Below, one piece after another: positions 42,566-53,793 of a stretch of 64,000 nt of DNA. The DNA lies in contig CAVSIV010000001.1 of NCBI GenBank assembly GCA_963728205.1, forward strand, positions 128,001 through 192,000. The letters run 5' to 3'. The notes under the pieces are model-generated. The model was not told the DNA's origin. It was given only the letters and a program-made list of their open reading frames with translations, and ran no database searches. The stretch comes from an uncultured Chloroflexia bacterium. GTDB lineage: Bacteria; Chloroflexota; Dehalococcoidia; UBA2979. Position numbers and translations under genes: made by a program. Numbering within the stretch: the first letter of the stretch is position 1; every line of letters begins with the position of its first letter.

Positions 42566-43811
42566 ATGCAGGAGACATGCCTCCCCGACGGAACTGTGAA
42601 AGGTACGTTGCACTTGTCCGTTCACCCCAAGCGCTCGCTGTTCTTGATCGCAGGCCTGCTCGCGGCCGCACTCATGCTGGGCGCATGCAGCAGCGGCTCC
42701 AGCACGCCGACTCCCGCCGCCACGACGGCGCCGGTGGCCACCTCGGCGGCGACCTCCGCCGGCACCTCCTCGGGGGGCGCCGTCTCGCCGCCCGCCGACA
42801 TCGGCAAGGGCGACAAGGCGCAGGTCACCGGTGCCGGCTCCTCGGCCCTGACCCCCTTCATCACCTACGCCGCGCAGAAGTACCAGCAGGGCGTCGCGCC
42901 GGGCGTCACCCTGAACTACCAGTCGATCGGCTCGGGCGGCGGCATCACGCAGTTCACCGCCAAGACCGTGGACTTCGGCGCGTCCGACGTTTACCTGAGC
43001 GACGACCAGGAAGCGAAGACCGTGGCGCGCCGTCCTCAACATCCCGATCATCCACTGGGCCGTCGCGATCACGTACAACCTGCCGGACGTCAACCAGGCG
43101 CTGAACTTCAGCCCGGACACGATCGCCGGCATCTACCTGGGCACGCATCAAGAAGTGGAACGACCCGGCGATCGCCGCGGACAACCCGGGCGTCGACCCT
43201 GCCCGACCTCGAATCACCGTCGTCCACCGCAGCGACGGCTCGGGCACGACCTACAACTTCACCGCGTTCCTGTCCGGGCGTCAGCGACGACTGGAAGACA
43301 AGGTCGGCGCCGGGACTTCCGTCGACTGGCCGACGGGCGTCGGCGGCAAGGGCAGCGAGGGCGTGACGGCGCAGGTCAAGCAGACGCCCGGCGCCATCGG
43401 CTACGTCGAGCTCTCGTACGCGCTGCAGAACAACCTGCCCGTGGCAGCCGTCAAGAACGCCGCCGGCAAGTTCATCAAGCCGACGCTCGACTCGACGACC
43501 GCCGCGGTCGTCGGCGCAGGTGCCCAACGCGCCGGCCGACCTGCGCTTCCTCATCGTCAACCCGCCGGCCGCCGCGGCCGACGCGTACCCGATCGGCGCC
43601 AGCACCTGGGTGCTGCTCTACAAGGACTACCCGGCCGACAAGCAGGCCGAGGTCAAGGCGATGGTCGACTTCCTCTGGTGGACCATCCACGACGGCCAGA
43701 AGCTCGCTGCTCGAGCGCGACTACTCGGCCATGGCGCCGAACCTCGTGACAAAGGCCGAGGGAGTGCTCAAGGCGATCACGGTCGGCGGGAAGCCCGTGC
43801 TCGCGCAGTAG
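42566..43811 (+). CDS. pstS: Phosphate ABC transporter substrate-binding lipoprotein (frameshifted; start uncertain)
   Basis: Lipobox LGAC, GAGSS, NYQSIGSGGG, VDFGASD, VHRSDGSGTT, GAIGYVE, AYPI. Confidence 0.9.
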
Positions 43812-43843
43812 CTGGCGCGGTCGAGTCACCCCCGGTATCGTAA

Positions 43844-43873
43844 GGTGCGAGCGCGGGCCATCCCGCGCTCGCA
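43844..43873. other. Intercistronic hairpin after pstS
   Basis: GTGCGAGCGCGGG-CCAT-CCCGCGCTCGCAT; probable mRNA stabiliser or partial terminator. Confidence 0.55.
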
Positions 43874-43949
43874 TCTCGATCTCGGAGCCAGGCAGGGCGG
43901 CGCCCCGGTGGAGGATGTGCGTTGGCGACCATAGAGGGCACCCGGGTCC

Positions 43950-44909
43950 GTGTCCGCGAGGCGCTCGAGAGGTCGCCGGCTCGCGGTTCGGCGAACCGGT
44001 CTTCCGCACGGTCCTGTTCGCGGCGACGGTGCTGATCCTCGGCGACGCTCATCGGCCTCCTGTTCATCACTGATCGCCGACGCTCGCAGCGCGATGGCGC
44101 ACAACGGCTGGCGCTTCCTGTGGACCGCACGTGGGACCCCGTCCACGAGGTCTTCGGCGCGCTGCCCTCCTCTACGGCACGCGTCCTCACCGCCGTGACC
44201 GCGACTGTGCTCGCCACGCTGCTCGGCGTGGGCGTTGCGCTCTTTCTCGTGGAGATGGCGTCGCCGCTGGTCGCGCGGCCGGTCAGCTTCATGGTCGAGA
44301 TGCTGGCGGCGATCCCCAGCGTCGTGTACGGCCTGTGGGGCATCTTCGTCCTCGCGCCATGGCTGCGGACCTGGGTCGAGAAGCCGCTGCACGAGCCACC
44401 TCGGGTTCCTGCCGTTCTTCCCGGGCTACCCGATCGGCATCGGCTACCTGGCCGCCATCGTCGTGCTCACGGTGATGATCCTGCCCACCGTCGCGGCGGT
44501 GTCGCGCGACGTGATCGCGGCGGTGCCGCAGGCGCGAACGCGAGGCCGCGCTGGCGCTCGGCGCGACGCACTGGGAGACGATGCGGATGGCGGTGATCCC
44601 CTACGCGCGCGGCGGCATCGTGGGGGCGAGCATCCTCGGCCTCGCGCGCGGCGTCGGCGAAACGCTGGCGGTCGCGATGGTGATCGGCGGCGCGCCGAAC
44701 ATCACGCTCTCGCTCTTCAAGCCCGGGCTACACGATGGTCGGCGGTGATCGCGAACGAGTTCGCGGAAGCGACGACCGCGCTCTATCGCAACACGCTGAT
44801 CGAGGTCGGCCTGATCCTGTTCCTCATCACGCTCGCCATCAACATCGGCGCGCGCCTGCTCGTGTGGCGCGTGACGCACGGTCAGCGCTCCGGGGGGGTG
44901 GTCGCGTGA
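43950..44909 (+). CDS. pstC: Phosphate ABC transporter permease (frameshifted)
   Basis: EMLAAIPSVVYGLWG, MILPTV, EAALALGAT.W, RGVGETLAV, IANEFAEA. Confidence 0.88.
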
Positions 44910-45775
44910 GCGCCTCCGGCTCGGCGCTGGGGCTCGAACGCCAGCTGCGCCGTCGTCGCATGGTCGACCGCGTGATGCGCGGGTTGATCTGGCTCGCGGC
45001 CGTGCTCGCGGTGCTCCCGCTCGTGCTGATCGTCGCGTACGTGGTGGTGAAGGGGATCCCGGCGGTGAACCTCGCACTGTTCACGCGCGACCCCAGCCCG
45101 CTGGGCGACTCCAGCGGAGGCATCCGGCCCGCGCTCGTCGGCAGCGTCTACATGGTCGGCCTGGGCACGCTGATCGGCGTGCCGATCGCGGTCGCCGCAG
45201 CCATCTACGTGCGCGAGTACGCCGGCGTCCGCTCGGCGATGTTCGTCCGCTTCCTGATCGACGTGCTCGCCGGCATCCCGACGATCATCGTCGGGCTCTT
45301 CATTTACGGCCTGATCGTGGTGCCGATGGGCGGGTTCAGCGCGCTCGCCGGGGCGGTCTCGCTCGCGATCATCCTCATGCCGATCACCGCGCGCGTGACC
45401 GATGAGATGCTCGGCGTCGTCCCGAACTCGATGCGCGAGGCCGCGTACGCGCTCGGCGTGCCGCGCTGGAAGACCATCGTGCGCATCGTGCTGCCGTCGG
45501 CGGCGAGCGGTATCGCGACGGGCATCGTCCTCAGCGTGGCGCGCATCGCCGGCGAGGCCGCGCCGCTGATCTTCACGGCGCTCGGCAACCAGATCACGAG
45601 TACCTCGCTGACGAAGCCGATCGACGCGCTCCCGCTGCGCATCTGGGTGTACGCCAGCGGGCCGTACCCGTCCTGGCACGACCAGGCGTGGGCGGCGTCG
45701 CTGGTGCTGGTCGGGCTCGTGCTCGTGTTCTCGCTGCTCGTACGGCTGGTGATCCAGCGCTCGCGCCGCGCGTAG
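44906..45775 (+). CDS. pstA: Phosphate ABC transporter permease
   Basis: [35 protein letters not shown]; GTGA overlap. Confidence 0.93.
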   Translation: MSASGSALGLERQLRRRRMVDRVMRGLIWLAAVLAVLPLVLIVAYVVVKGIPAVNLALFTRDPSPLGDSSGGIRPALVGSVYMVGLGTLIGVPIAVAAAIYVREYAGVRSAMFVRFLIDVLAGIPTIIVGLFIYGLIVVPMGGFSALAGAVSLAIILMPITARVTDEMLGVVPNSMREAAYALGVPRWKTIVRIVLPSAASGIATGIVLSVARIAGEAAPLIFTALGNQITSTSLTKPIDALPLRIWVYASGPYPSWHDQAWAASLVLVGLVLVFSLLVRLVIQRSRRA

Positions 45776-45815
45776 CGGCGCGGTGGACGCGGACAGGAAA
45801 CGGGGGACCGCAGCC

Positions 45816-46676
45816 ATGGCCGAGGCGCCGTCGAGCCACGCGTTCACGAGCGGCAGCTGGAACGACCTGTTCGAGCGCCAGCAGCCGCGCCGCGTGCACG
45901 AGCAGGGCCCCGCGATCCGGGTCGAGGGGCTCTCCGCCTACTACGGCGCCCGGCGGGCGATCGGCGATCTCACCCTGGACATCGCCGCCAACACGGTCAC
46001 GGCGATCATCGGTCCGTCCGGCTGCGGCAAATCCACGTTCGTGCGCTGCCTCAACCGCATGCACGAGGCCGTCCCCGGCGCGCGCGCCGAGGGCCGGGTC
46101 CTGATCGACGGGCAGGACATCTATGCGCCCGGCGTCGCCGTCAGCAAGATCCGCATGCGCGTCGGCATGGTGTTCCAGCGCCCGAACCCGTTTCCGACGA
46201 TGTCGATCATGGACAACGCGGTGTCCGGGCTGAAGCTCGCCGGCGTGCGCGACCGCTCGCTGCTGCACACCGTCGGCGAGTCGGCGCTGCGTCGCGCCGC
46301 GCTGTGGGACGAGGTGCGAGACAAGCTCGACTCCCCCGCCGGCACCCTCTCCGGCGGCCAGCAGCAGCGGCTGTGCATCGCGCGCACGATCGCGGTGGAG
46401 CCGGAGGTCGTGCTCTTCGACGAGCCCGCGTCGGCGCTCGACCCGATCTCGACGCTGAAGATCGAGGAGCTGATGCAGGAGCTGGCCGCGAGCTTCACGA
46501 TCGTCGTGGTCACGCACAACATGCAGCAGGCCGCGCGCGTCTCCGACCAGACCGCGTTCATGCTCGCGGACGACGAGCGCGTCGGCCGTCTCGTCGAGTA
46601 CGGCCCCACGCAGCAGATGTTCACCGCCCCCACCGACCGCCGGACCGAGGACTACATCACCGGCCGCTTCGGCTAG
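45816..46676 (+). CDS. pstB: Phosphate ABC transporter ATPase (copy 1)
   Basis: [40 protein letters not shown]. Confidence 0.95.
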   Translation: MAEAPSSHAFTSGSWNDLFERQQPRRVHEQGPAIRVEGLSAYYGARRAIGDLTLDIAANTVTAIIGPSGCGKSTFVRCLNRMHEAVPGARAEGRVLIDGQDIYAPGVAVSKIRMRVGMVFQRPNPFPTMSIMDNAVSGLKLAGVRDRSLLHTVGESALRRAALWDEVRDKLDSPAGTLSGGQQQRLCIARTIAVEPEVVLFDEPASALDPISTLKIEELMQELAASFTIVVVTHNMQQAARVSDQTAFMLADDERVGRLVEYGPTQQMFTAPTDRRTEDYITGRFG

Positions 46677-46688
46677 TTCGGCGCGACG

Positions 46689-46794
46689 CAAGCGGCGGCA
46701 GATATGCCGCCGATGCGGAGGGCGGCGCATGCCGCCTGGGAGCGATCGCGGCCTTACGGCCGCGTTGATATCGGCGGCGTATCTGCCGCCGCTT
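46689..46794. repeat. REPIN family B
   Basis: CAAGCGGCGGCAGATATGCCGCCGAT...ATCGGCGGCGTATCTGCCGCCGCTTG. Confidence 0.8.
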
Positions 46795-46853
46795 GCGCCC
46801 TGCCGCGCGGCCGGGGAATGCGCATCCGTCATCCCCTCCCGGGTCGCCGTACC

Positions 46854-46900
46854 GGTTTTAACCGCGCGTTTACACGGCCCGCGGGGGGCCCCGGGATAGT
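46854..46900 (+). promoter_or_regulatory. Pho-box-like repeat plus -10 upstream of the second pstB
   Basis: GGTTTTAACCG is identical to the pstS site; TTAAC-N6-TTTAC (46858/46869); GATAGT lies 21 nt downstream. Confidence 0.7.
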
Positions 46901-47029
46901 GGGGAGGTGGCGGCTCCGCTCGGCGGATCCGTCGCGGCCGGGGCGTCCTCTCCCCATGCAGCGCCGCCGTCCGCCGGCCCGGCCACGCTTGCCGCGGCCC
47001 CGACCAGCGTCCGATTGAGGGGATTGCAG

Positions 47030-47938
47030 ATGAACGACCGACGCGGCCAGGCACCGGTCGCCGAGCGCCCCGCTCCGCAGGACGCGCCCGCCGCCGGGGG
47101 AGCGCGGAACGTCGCAGCCGGTCCCGCCGTCCACCCCGCGCGGCCCGACGCGAAGCACAGCGGCCGCCGCGTCACGCTGCACGTCGAGCATCTCTCCGCC
47201 TGGTACGGATCGAAGCTCGCCGTGTCCGACGTCTCCATCGACTTCTACGCAAACTCGATCACCGCGCTGATCGGCCCGTCCGGCTGCGGCAAGTCGACGT
47301 TCATCCGCTGCCTCAACCGCATGCACGAAGTGAACCCCGGGGCGCGCGCCGAGGGGCGCGTCCTGCTCGAAGGCGACGACATCTACGCCTCCGGCTCCGA
47401 TCCCACCCGCGTGCGCCAGCGCATCGGCATGGTCTTCCAGAAGCCGAACCCGTTCCCGGCGATGTCGATCGCCGACAACGTCGCCGCCGGCCTACGCTTC
47501 AAGAACATCACCGCGAAGTCCGAGGTCGAGGACCGCGTCGAGGAGGCGCTGAAGGGCGCCGCGCTCTGGGACGAGGTCAAGAACGACCTGAAGAAGCCCG
47601 GCATCGCGCTCTCCGGCGGCCAGCAGCAGCGCCTCTGCATCGCCCGGACGATCGCCGTGGAGCCCGAGGTCGTGCTGATGGACGAGCCGTGCTCGGCGCT
47701 CGACCCGCTCGCCACCCTCAAGATCGAGGACCTGATGGCGCAGCTCGCCGAGCGGTTCACGATCGTGATCGTCACCCACAACCTGCAGCAGGCCGCGCGC
47801 GTCGCCGAGTTCACCGGCTTCTTCCTCACCGAGGACGACGGCGCCGGCCACCTCATCGAGCACGCCCCCACGGGCGACCTCTTCACGAGCCCGCGCGACC
47901 GCCGCACCGAGGACTTCGTCACCGGCCGGTTCGGGTAA
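47030..47938 (+). CDS. pstB: Phosphate ABC transporter ATPase (copy 2)
   Basis: [36 protein letters not shown]; GAGGGG RBS. Confidence 0.93.
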   Translation: MNDRRGQAPVAERPAPQDAPAAGGARNVAAGPAVHPARPDAKHSGRRVTLHVEHLSAWYGSKLAVSDVSIDFYANSITALIGPSGCGKSTFIRCLNRMHEVNPGARAEGRVLLEGDDIYASGSDPTRVRQRIGMVFQKPNPFPAMSIADNVAAGLRFKNITAKSEVEDRVEEALKGAALWDEVKNDLKKPGIALSGGQQQRLCIARTIAVEPEVVLMDEPCSALDPLATLKIEDLMAQLAERFTIVIVTHNLQQAARVAEFTGFFLTEDDGAGHLIEHAPTGDLFTSPRDRRTEDFVTGRFG

Positions 47939-48046
47939 CTCCTCGGCGCGCGGCAGGCTTCAGGCCTGCCGTGTCTCGTGAGTGACTCCGCAGACCCGAG
48001 GCGGCCACCTCTCGCGGTGGGGCGGGGCGCAAGGCATGAATGCCAC

Positions 48047-48139
48047 CCAAAGCGGCGGCAGATATGCCGCCGACAGGACGCGGACGCAGTCCGCGGCTGG
48101 CGCCGCGCTTCTGTCGGCGGCATATCTGCCGCCGCTTTG
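48047..48139. repeat. REPIN family B (92 bp) flanked by family C motifs
   Basis: Near-identical to 38120; GGCAGGCTTCAGG near 47952 and CTGAAGCCTGCC near 48155 flank it in inverted orientation. Confidence 0.85.
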
Positions 48140-48256
48140 ACTTCCCGACGAGACCTGAAGCCTGCCGCGCGCCGAGGGGCGGACAATCGCCCCTTAACAT
48201 GGGTCCGAGACCATACCGTCATGCGGCGGGAACCGAACCAGCTGAGGGGACCATCC

Positions 48257-49864
48257 ATGGTCCGGCTGTCCGCGCCGTCCACACGCGCCCATCGCCACCA
48301 CTCGGTCCCGGATCGCGCCACGCGCCCCGACCGCGGGCCGGCGTCGCCGGGAGATGCCCTGTTGCCAGCCCCGCCCCGCGTCGCGGTGATCGACCTCGGC
48401 TCCAACTCGGGCCGCGTGATCGTCGTCGAGCCGCACCCGCTGGGCTACCTCCACATCGTCGACGAGGCGCGCTCGCCGCTGGAGCTGACCCGCGCCATCG
48501 ACGCGCAGTCGCGCCTCGCGCCGGAGGCGGCCGAGCGCGTGCTCGCCGCGATGGCCGAGTTCGTCGCCATCGCGCGCGGCGCCGGCTGCGCCGACATCCA
48601 TGTCGTCGGCACCGCGGCGCTGCGCCGCGCGACCAACGCCGGCGCGCTGATGGACGAGATCCGGCGCCGCTACGACGTCGCGGTCGAGATCGTCGACGGC
48701 GCGACCGAGGCGCGCTACGCGTTCGTCGGCGCCGCGTACTCGCTGCCCGTGGAGAGCGGCCTGCTGATCGACATCGGCGGCGGCAGCCTGGAGCTCGTGC
48801 GCTTCGATCACCGCGAGCTCACCGGCACATGGTCGTTCCCCTTCGGCGCGCTGCGCCTGACCGACGACCTCCTGGCCGGCGACCCGCCGTCGCAGGAGGC
48901 GCTCGCCGCGCTCGCCGTCACCGTGAGCGCCGGGCTCGCGGAGGCCGGAGTGGCGCCGCTGGTGCCGGGCGAGGAGCTCGTCGGCACGGGCGGCACCATC
49001 CGCAACCTCGCCAAGATCGACACGCGCCGCCGCGACTACCCCATCGGCCGCCTGCACGGCTACGTGCTGCGCGGGAGCCGGCTGCGCAAGATCTCGTCGT
49101 CGCTCGCGGCCATGACGCGTGAGAAGCGCGAGGGCGTGCCCGGCCTGAACAGCGCGCGCGCCGAGTCGATCGTCGCCGGCGCGGCGGCGCTCGCCGCCAC
49201 GATGCGCCATGCCGGCGCGCACGAGGTCGTCGTCTCCGGCCAGGGACTGCGCGAGGGGGTCGCGCGGCGCGCGACGGCCGACGGCCTGCCGCCGCCGGCG
49301 CTCGTGCGGCGCGCGTCGCTGCAGGCGCTCACCGAGCGCCTGAGCGGCTGGGACGAGGCGCGCGCCGAGCGCCGCGCCGCGCTCGCGCTCGACCTCGCCG
49401 CCGCGCTCGCGCCCGAGCTCGACGCCACGTTGCGCGAGCTGCTCGGACACGCCGCCGCGCTGCTCGACGTCGGCGCCGCCATCGACTTCTACAACCGCCA
49501 CCGCGAGACCGCCGCAATCGTGCTGCGCACGGACCTGGCGGGGTTCTCGCACCGCCACCTCGCCACGCTCGCCGCCATCATCCAGCTCGCCGAGCGCCCG
49601 GGCTTCGCGCTCGCCGGGCTGCGCCCACTGCTGGCGCCGTCCGACGCGCCGCCGCTCACGCGCGCCGCCACCGTGCTCGCCCTCGCCGACGAGATCGTGC
49701 GCCGCTGCCCGCCCACCGAGGCCCTGGACGCCACCTGGCGGCTCGACGGAAAGGTGCTGCGCGTGAACCTCCCCTGGCACCCGGAGTGGGCGCCGGCCGC
49801 GCTCTCGCGCCGCGTGGACGACGCGCTCGGCCTCCGGCTCCTGGTCGAGGCCGATGATGCGTAA
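48257..49864 (+). CDS. ppx: Ppx/GppA exopolyphosphatase with HD domain
   Basis: VIDLGSNS, GTAALR.ATN, IDIGGGSLE, GTGGTIRNL, GLREG, LLDVG. Confidence 0.9.
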   Translation: MVRLSAPSTRAHRHHSVPDRATRPDRGPASPGDALLPAPPRVAVIDLGSNSGRVIVVEPHPLGYLHIVDEARSPLELTRAIDAQSRLAPEAAERVLAAMAEFVAIARGAGCADIHVVGTAALRRATNAGALMDEIRRRYDVAVEIVDGATEARYAFVGAAYSLPVESGLLIDIGGGSLELVRFDHRELTGTWSFPFGALRLTDDLLAGDPPSQEALAALAVTVSAGLAEAGVAPLVPGEELVGTGGTIRNLAKIDTRRRDYPIGRLHGYVLRGSRLRKISSSLAAMTREKREGVPGLNSARAESIVAGAAALAATMRHAGAHEVVVSGQGLREGVARRATADGLPPPALVRRASLQALTERLSGWDEARAERRAALALDLAAALAPELDATLRELLGHAAALLDVGAAIDFYNRHRETAAIVLRTDLAGFSHRHLATLAAIIQLAERPGFALAGLRPLLAPSDAPPLTRAATVLALADEIVRRCPPTEALDATWRLDGKVLRVNLPWHPEWAPAALSRRVDDALGLRLLVEADDA

Positions 49865-50624
49865 CCCCTTCAGCCCCGACGGCCGCGAGCTCCCCGGCCG
49901 CCTGATCGTCGTCGAGGGCATCGACGGCTCGGGCAAGAGCACGCAGCTCGACCTGCTGCACAAGTGGCTGCTCAGCCAGGGCTACCTGGTTGTGTTCACC
50001 GAGTGGAACTCGTCGCCGATCGTGAAGTCGACCACGCGCCGCGGGAAGCGCCGCAAGCTCCTCACGCCGATGTCGTTCAGCCTGATCCACGCCGCGGACT
50101 TTTCGAGCCGCGTCTACGCGCAGGTGCTGCCCGCGCTCGAGGCCGGCGCGATCGTGCTCGCCGACCGCTACGTCTACACGGCGTTCGCGCGCGACGCCGC
50201 GCGCGGCGTGAACCGCCGCTGGCTGCGCGACGCCTACTCGTTCGCCGTCCCGCCGACCGCGGCCTTCTACTTCTCGGTGCCGCTCGACGAGGCCGTGAAC
50301 CGGATCCTCGCCGGCCGGGCACAGCTCAAGTACTACGAGGCCGGCATGGACCTCGGCCTCAGCGAGGACATCGTCGAGTCGTTCCGCATCTTCCAGGGCC
50401 GCATCCTCGACGAGTACGCGCAGCTCACGGAGGAGTTCGGCCTGATCACGGTCGACGCCACGCAGACCGTCGTGTCCCAGCAGCGACTGGTGCGCGAGAC
50501 GGTCGCGCCGCTGCTCGAGGGGGTGTCGCGCCGCGAAGGCGGCAGCTTCATCGAGGCGCTGCAGCGCGCGCAGCTGCAGGGCCGCTACCTGCCGAACCCG
50601 GAGCGCATGGAGGTGGCGGAGTGA
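49854..50624 (+). CDS. Thymidylate-kinase-like P-loop protein A (candidate catalytic polyphosphate kinase subunit)
   Basis: LIVVEGIDGSGKSTQ, ADRYVYTAFARD, KYYEAGMD; overlaps the ppx stop. Confidence 0.8.
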   Translation: MMRNPFSPDGRELPGRLIVVEGIDGSGKSTQLDLLHKWLLSQGYLVVFTEWNSSPIVKSTTRRGKRRKLLTPMSFSLIHAADFSSRVYAQVLPALEAGAIVLADRYVYTAFARDAARGVNRRWLRDAYSFAVPPTAAFYFSVPLDEAVNRILAGRAQLKYYEAGMDLGLSEDIVESFRIFQGRILDEYAQLTEEFGLITVDATQTVVSQQRLVRETVAPLLEGVSRREGGSFIEALQRAQLQGRYLPNPERMEVAE

Positions 50625-51343
50625 CGGACCTGCGCTTCTACGGCGAGCGCCCGCCGGGCATCGAGGGCGACCACGTCCCCGGCCGGCTGATCGTGCTCGA
50701 GGGCACCGACGGCGTCGGGCGCTCCACGCAGGTCTCGCTGCTCAAGGAGTGGCTCGAGGACCGCGGCTACGCCGTCGTCGACACCGGGCTGCGGCGGTCG
50801 ATGCTCGCCGGCCCCGGCATCGACCGTGCGAAGCGCGGCCACACGCTCGACGCCATCACGCTCAACCTGCTCTACGCGACCGACTTCTGGGACCGCCAGG
50901 AGCGGTCGATCTTTCCCGCCCTGCGCGCCGGGATGGTCGCGCTCGTCGACCGCTACGTGTTCTCGCTGATGGCGCGCGCGACCGTGCGCGGCGTGCCGGC
51001 CGACTGGATCGAACGGCTCTACGGCTTCGCGCTGATCCCCGACCGCGTGATCTACCTCGACATCGGCGTGAAGGAGCTCGCCCCGCGCGTGCTCGCCCGC
51101 GGCGGGTTCGACTACTGGGAGTCCGGCCAGGACTTCCTGCGCGGCCCCGGTCTCTACGAGACGTTCGTCGAGTACCAGTCGGTGCTGCTCGACGAGTACC
51201 GGCGCCTCGCCGACAAGCACCACTTCTCGGTGGTCGACGCGCGCGGCAGCGTCGCCGACGTGTTCGACGCGCTGCGCGTCGAGGTTGGCGCCGTGGTCGA
51301 GGACATGGCGCTGGACGTCCCCGAGCCCGCCGCCGCGCCGTAG
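50621..51343 (+). CDS. Thymidylate-kinase-like P-loop protein B (degenerate Walker A)
   Basis: LIVLEGTDGVGRSTQ (Lys replaced by Arg), VDRYVFSLMAR, DYWESGQD; GTGA overlap with paralog A. Confidence 0.8.
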   Translation: MTDLRFYGERPPGIEGDHVPGRLIVLEGTDGVGRSTQVSLLKEWLEDRGYAVVDTGLRRSMLAGPGIDRAKRGHTLDAITLNLLYATDFWDRQERSIFPALRAGMVALVDRYVFSLMARATVRGVPADWIERLYGFALIPDRVIYLDIGVKELAPRVLARGGFDYWESGQDFLRGPGLYETFVEYQSVLLDEYRRLADKHHFSVVDARGSVADVFDALRVEVGAVVEDMALDVPEPAAAP

Positions 51344-51581
51344 GCGCCGCGAGCGGACCGGCACCGCGAACCCTCGCAAGCGGCGGCAGACACGCCGCCG
51401 ATGCCACGCGGGCGCCCGCCCGCGTCCGGGCGCGCGGCAGGCTTCCAGGCCTGCCGTGTGCAGTGCCTCCCCTCTCGCCGCGTGAGGTGGCCACCTCCAC
51501 GCCCGCGGAGCCGGCCACGACCCACGGCGGGCCTGAAGCCCGCCGCGCGCCGCTCGTGCCGTTCCTCTTGCGTCCCGAGAG

Positions 51582-52085
51582 CTACCGCGCCATCCGCCGC
51601 AGCGCCGAGGGCTGGAGCAGCCAGACGAGCGTGGCGCCGCCGGCGCACGGGCCGTCCGGGAGGTCGAACGCGGCGACCGCGCCCTTGCGCCACAACGTCT
51701 GGGCCCGCTGCGCGTCGCCGGCGAGCAGGTACGAGGCCAGCTCGTGCAGGTGCGGCTCGTGGCCGACGGCGGCGACGACCGGCGCAGCGGCGTGCGCGGC
51801 CAGCGCCGCGACGTTCTCCTCCGGCCCGGCGCCGGAGCGCAGGCCGTCGACGAGCACGGGCGCCGGCCAGCGCGCGACCTGGTGCAGCAGGTCCGCGGTC
51901 GCGCGCGTGCGCTCGAACGGGCTCGCCAGCAGCACGTCGACCATCGGGACGAGGCGGCGCAGGCCGCGCGCGGCGACGCGGAAGCGGCGCACTCCGCGCT
52001 CGGTGAGCGGCCGCGTGGCGTCGTCCGGCCAGCGCACCGGGTCGCGGTCGAACGCAGTGGCGTGGCGGACGAGGTAGAGCCGCAT
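51582..52085 (-). CDS. sixA: SixA-type phosphohistidine phosphatase
   Basis: LYLVRHA, RPLTERG, SPFERTRATA, VGHEP. Confidence 0.85.
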   Translation of the reverse strand: MRLYLVRHATAFDRDPVRWPDDATRPLTERGVRRFRVAARGLRRLVPMVDVLLASPFERTRATADLLHQVARWPAPVLVDGLRSGAGPEENVAALAAHAAAPVVAAVGHEPHLHELASYLLAGDAQRAQTLWRKGAVAAFDLPDGPCAGGATLVWLLQPSALRRMAR

Positions 52086-52105
52086 GCCGGCGAGTCCCTT
52101 CGCGG

Positions 52106-53713
52106 CTAGCCGGCGCGCCGGCGCTCGCGACGCATGCGTCGCGCGAGCGGCTTCCACCGCTTGCGCGCGCGCCGGAGCGCGGCGGGGAAGCGTGCGCGGC
52201 GGTCGGCGATCGCCGCGCGGAACTCGTCCTGCGCCGCCCGCACGGCCGCCACCGTCTCGGGGCGCAGCCGCTCGCCCTCCGCGGCGATCAGCGCATCGAG
52301 GTCCGCGATCGCGACGACCGCGTCCTGGTGCTCGCCGAGCACGTCCTGCAGCGCGACGAGCGCCGATTGGAACCGCCGCGCCGGCTTGCCGTACAGCCCG
52401 GCGACGAACTCCGTCGCGTAGCGCGCACGCTTCGCGCGGATGCGCACCGCGTGATAGGCGGCGTCGGCCGCGCGCGGTGCAAGGCGCTTTCCCGGCTCCG
52501 CCACGCGCCGCCAGTGTCGCGCGACAATCTTCGGCGCGACGAGACGCGCGTGCCGTCGCGCCGCGGCGCGCGTCACCCGCGGGCGCAGGAGCGCCGCCGT
52601 CGCATTCGCGATCAGCGCCGCGTAGCGCGGCGACTCGAGCGTCGCCAGCATCCGGGCGCGGGCGGCCTCGCGGCGGCCGGCGAGCAGCGCGGACAGGACG
52701 GGGTCGATGCTGCCGTCGGGTGCGCGCCACGCGGCGAAGCGCCCCATCTGCACGTCGAGGTCGCGCAGCGGCGACAGCGACTCGTTCACCCAGCGCAGTT
52801 CGGCGTCGAGCGGTGCGAGCGCCGGGTCGGTCACGTCGGCGAACAGGTCGATCGCGGTGCGCATGCGGCGCACCGCCACGCGCATGTCGTGCAGCGGCTC
52901 CGCGTCGTCGCCGAGGCGCGTCCCCGGCTCCGCCGCCAGCAGGGCGGCGAGCTGCCGGCGCAGCGCGTCGTGCGCGAGCTCGGCGATGCGCATCCCGGCG
53001 TGTGTCGCCTCGCGCGGCGCCGGGCGCGGGCCGGGCGGGTGCAGCCCGGCGACGGCGAGCCCGCACTCGAACTTCGACCGCCCGGCGGCGACGAGCGCGC
53101 ACGCCTCGCGCATCGCCGACACGTACAGCGCGAGCAGCGGCTCGGCGTCCTCGCGCAGCGCCTCGACCTCGACGCGCAGCAGCGGCTCGCCGCAGGCGTC
53201 GCCCGCGACGCACGTCGAGCGGTCGAGCGCGACCTCGGCCACCGCGTGGCCGTCGGCGTCGTGGAGGAGATAACGACGGCGCGCGGTGCGCACGGTGAAC
53301 AGCTCGCGCAGGGGCAGGTCGCCGACGAGCGCGGCGATGCGCGATCCCACGGGCCCCGGCGCGCAGCGCAGCATGGCGGGGTTGCCGGCGGCGGGGCCGT
53401 CGAGCGGCTCGTTCCACTCGCGGCGACGTCGCAGCCCGGCGTCGCCGCCCCCCGTCGACTTCAGCGTGGCCTCGACGCCGCCCAGCGACGCGCGCATGCG
53501 CAGCGTGTAGCCGGCGCGCTCGACGCGCCAGTCGGGCGTGTCCAGGTAGCGGTCGCGATGCTCTCGCTCGCCCAGTGCGTCGGCGCGCAGCGCGGCGCCC
53601 TGCTCGACCCAGCGGGCGACGCGGTCGAGATCGGGCGTATCGAACTGCCACTCGATCTCGAGTGGCACGGCCGCCGTACCCGGGTCAGGCGTCTGTGGAG
53701 AGTCGCTGTCCAT
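52106..53713 (-). CDS. CYTH + CHAD domain protein (polyphosphate-binding)
   Basis: LEIEWQF, YLDTPD, TLR.R, VEVE (CYTH); LHDMRVAVRRMR, LRDLDV, HAVRIRAKRARY, QDVLGEHQD (CHAD). Confidence 0.9.
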   Translation of the reverse strand: MDSDSPQTPDPGTAAVPLEIEWQFDTPDLDRVARWVEQGAALRADALGEREHRDRYLDTPDWRVERAGYTLRMRASLGGVEATLKSTGGGDAGLRRRREWNEPLDGPAAGNPAMLRCAPGPVGSRIAALVGDLPLRELFTVRTARRRYLLHDADGHAVAEVALDRSTCVAGDACGEPLLRVEVEALREDAEPLLALYVSAMREACALVAAGRSKFECGLAVAGLHPPGPRPAPREATHAGMRIAELAHDALRRQLAALLAAEPGTRLGDDAEPLHDMRVAVRRMRTAIDLFADVTDPALAPLDAELRWVNESLSPLRDLDVQMGRFAAWRAPDGSIDPVLSALLAGRREAARARMLATLESPRYAALIANATAALLRPRVTRAAARRHARLVAPKIVARHWRRVAEPGKRLAPRAADAAYHAVRIRAKRARYATEFVAGLYGKPARRFQSALVALQDVLGEHQDAVVAIADLDALIAAEGERLRPETVAAVRAAQDEFRAAIADRRARFPAALRRARKRWKPLARRMRRERRRAG

Positions 53714-53793
53714 CGGAATCGCAATTGTAGACTGATCGCAAGCGGCCATGTTCGGCGTTGACTGAATGCTGGAATGAAATGCCGGGGGCGACG

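Noticed and set aside
49854-51343. Annotation as canonical tmk
   Set aside because: A tandem pair, one with a degenerate Walker A, in a polyphosphate context; the gene symbol is withheld.
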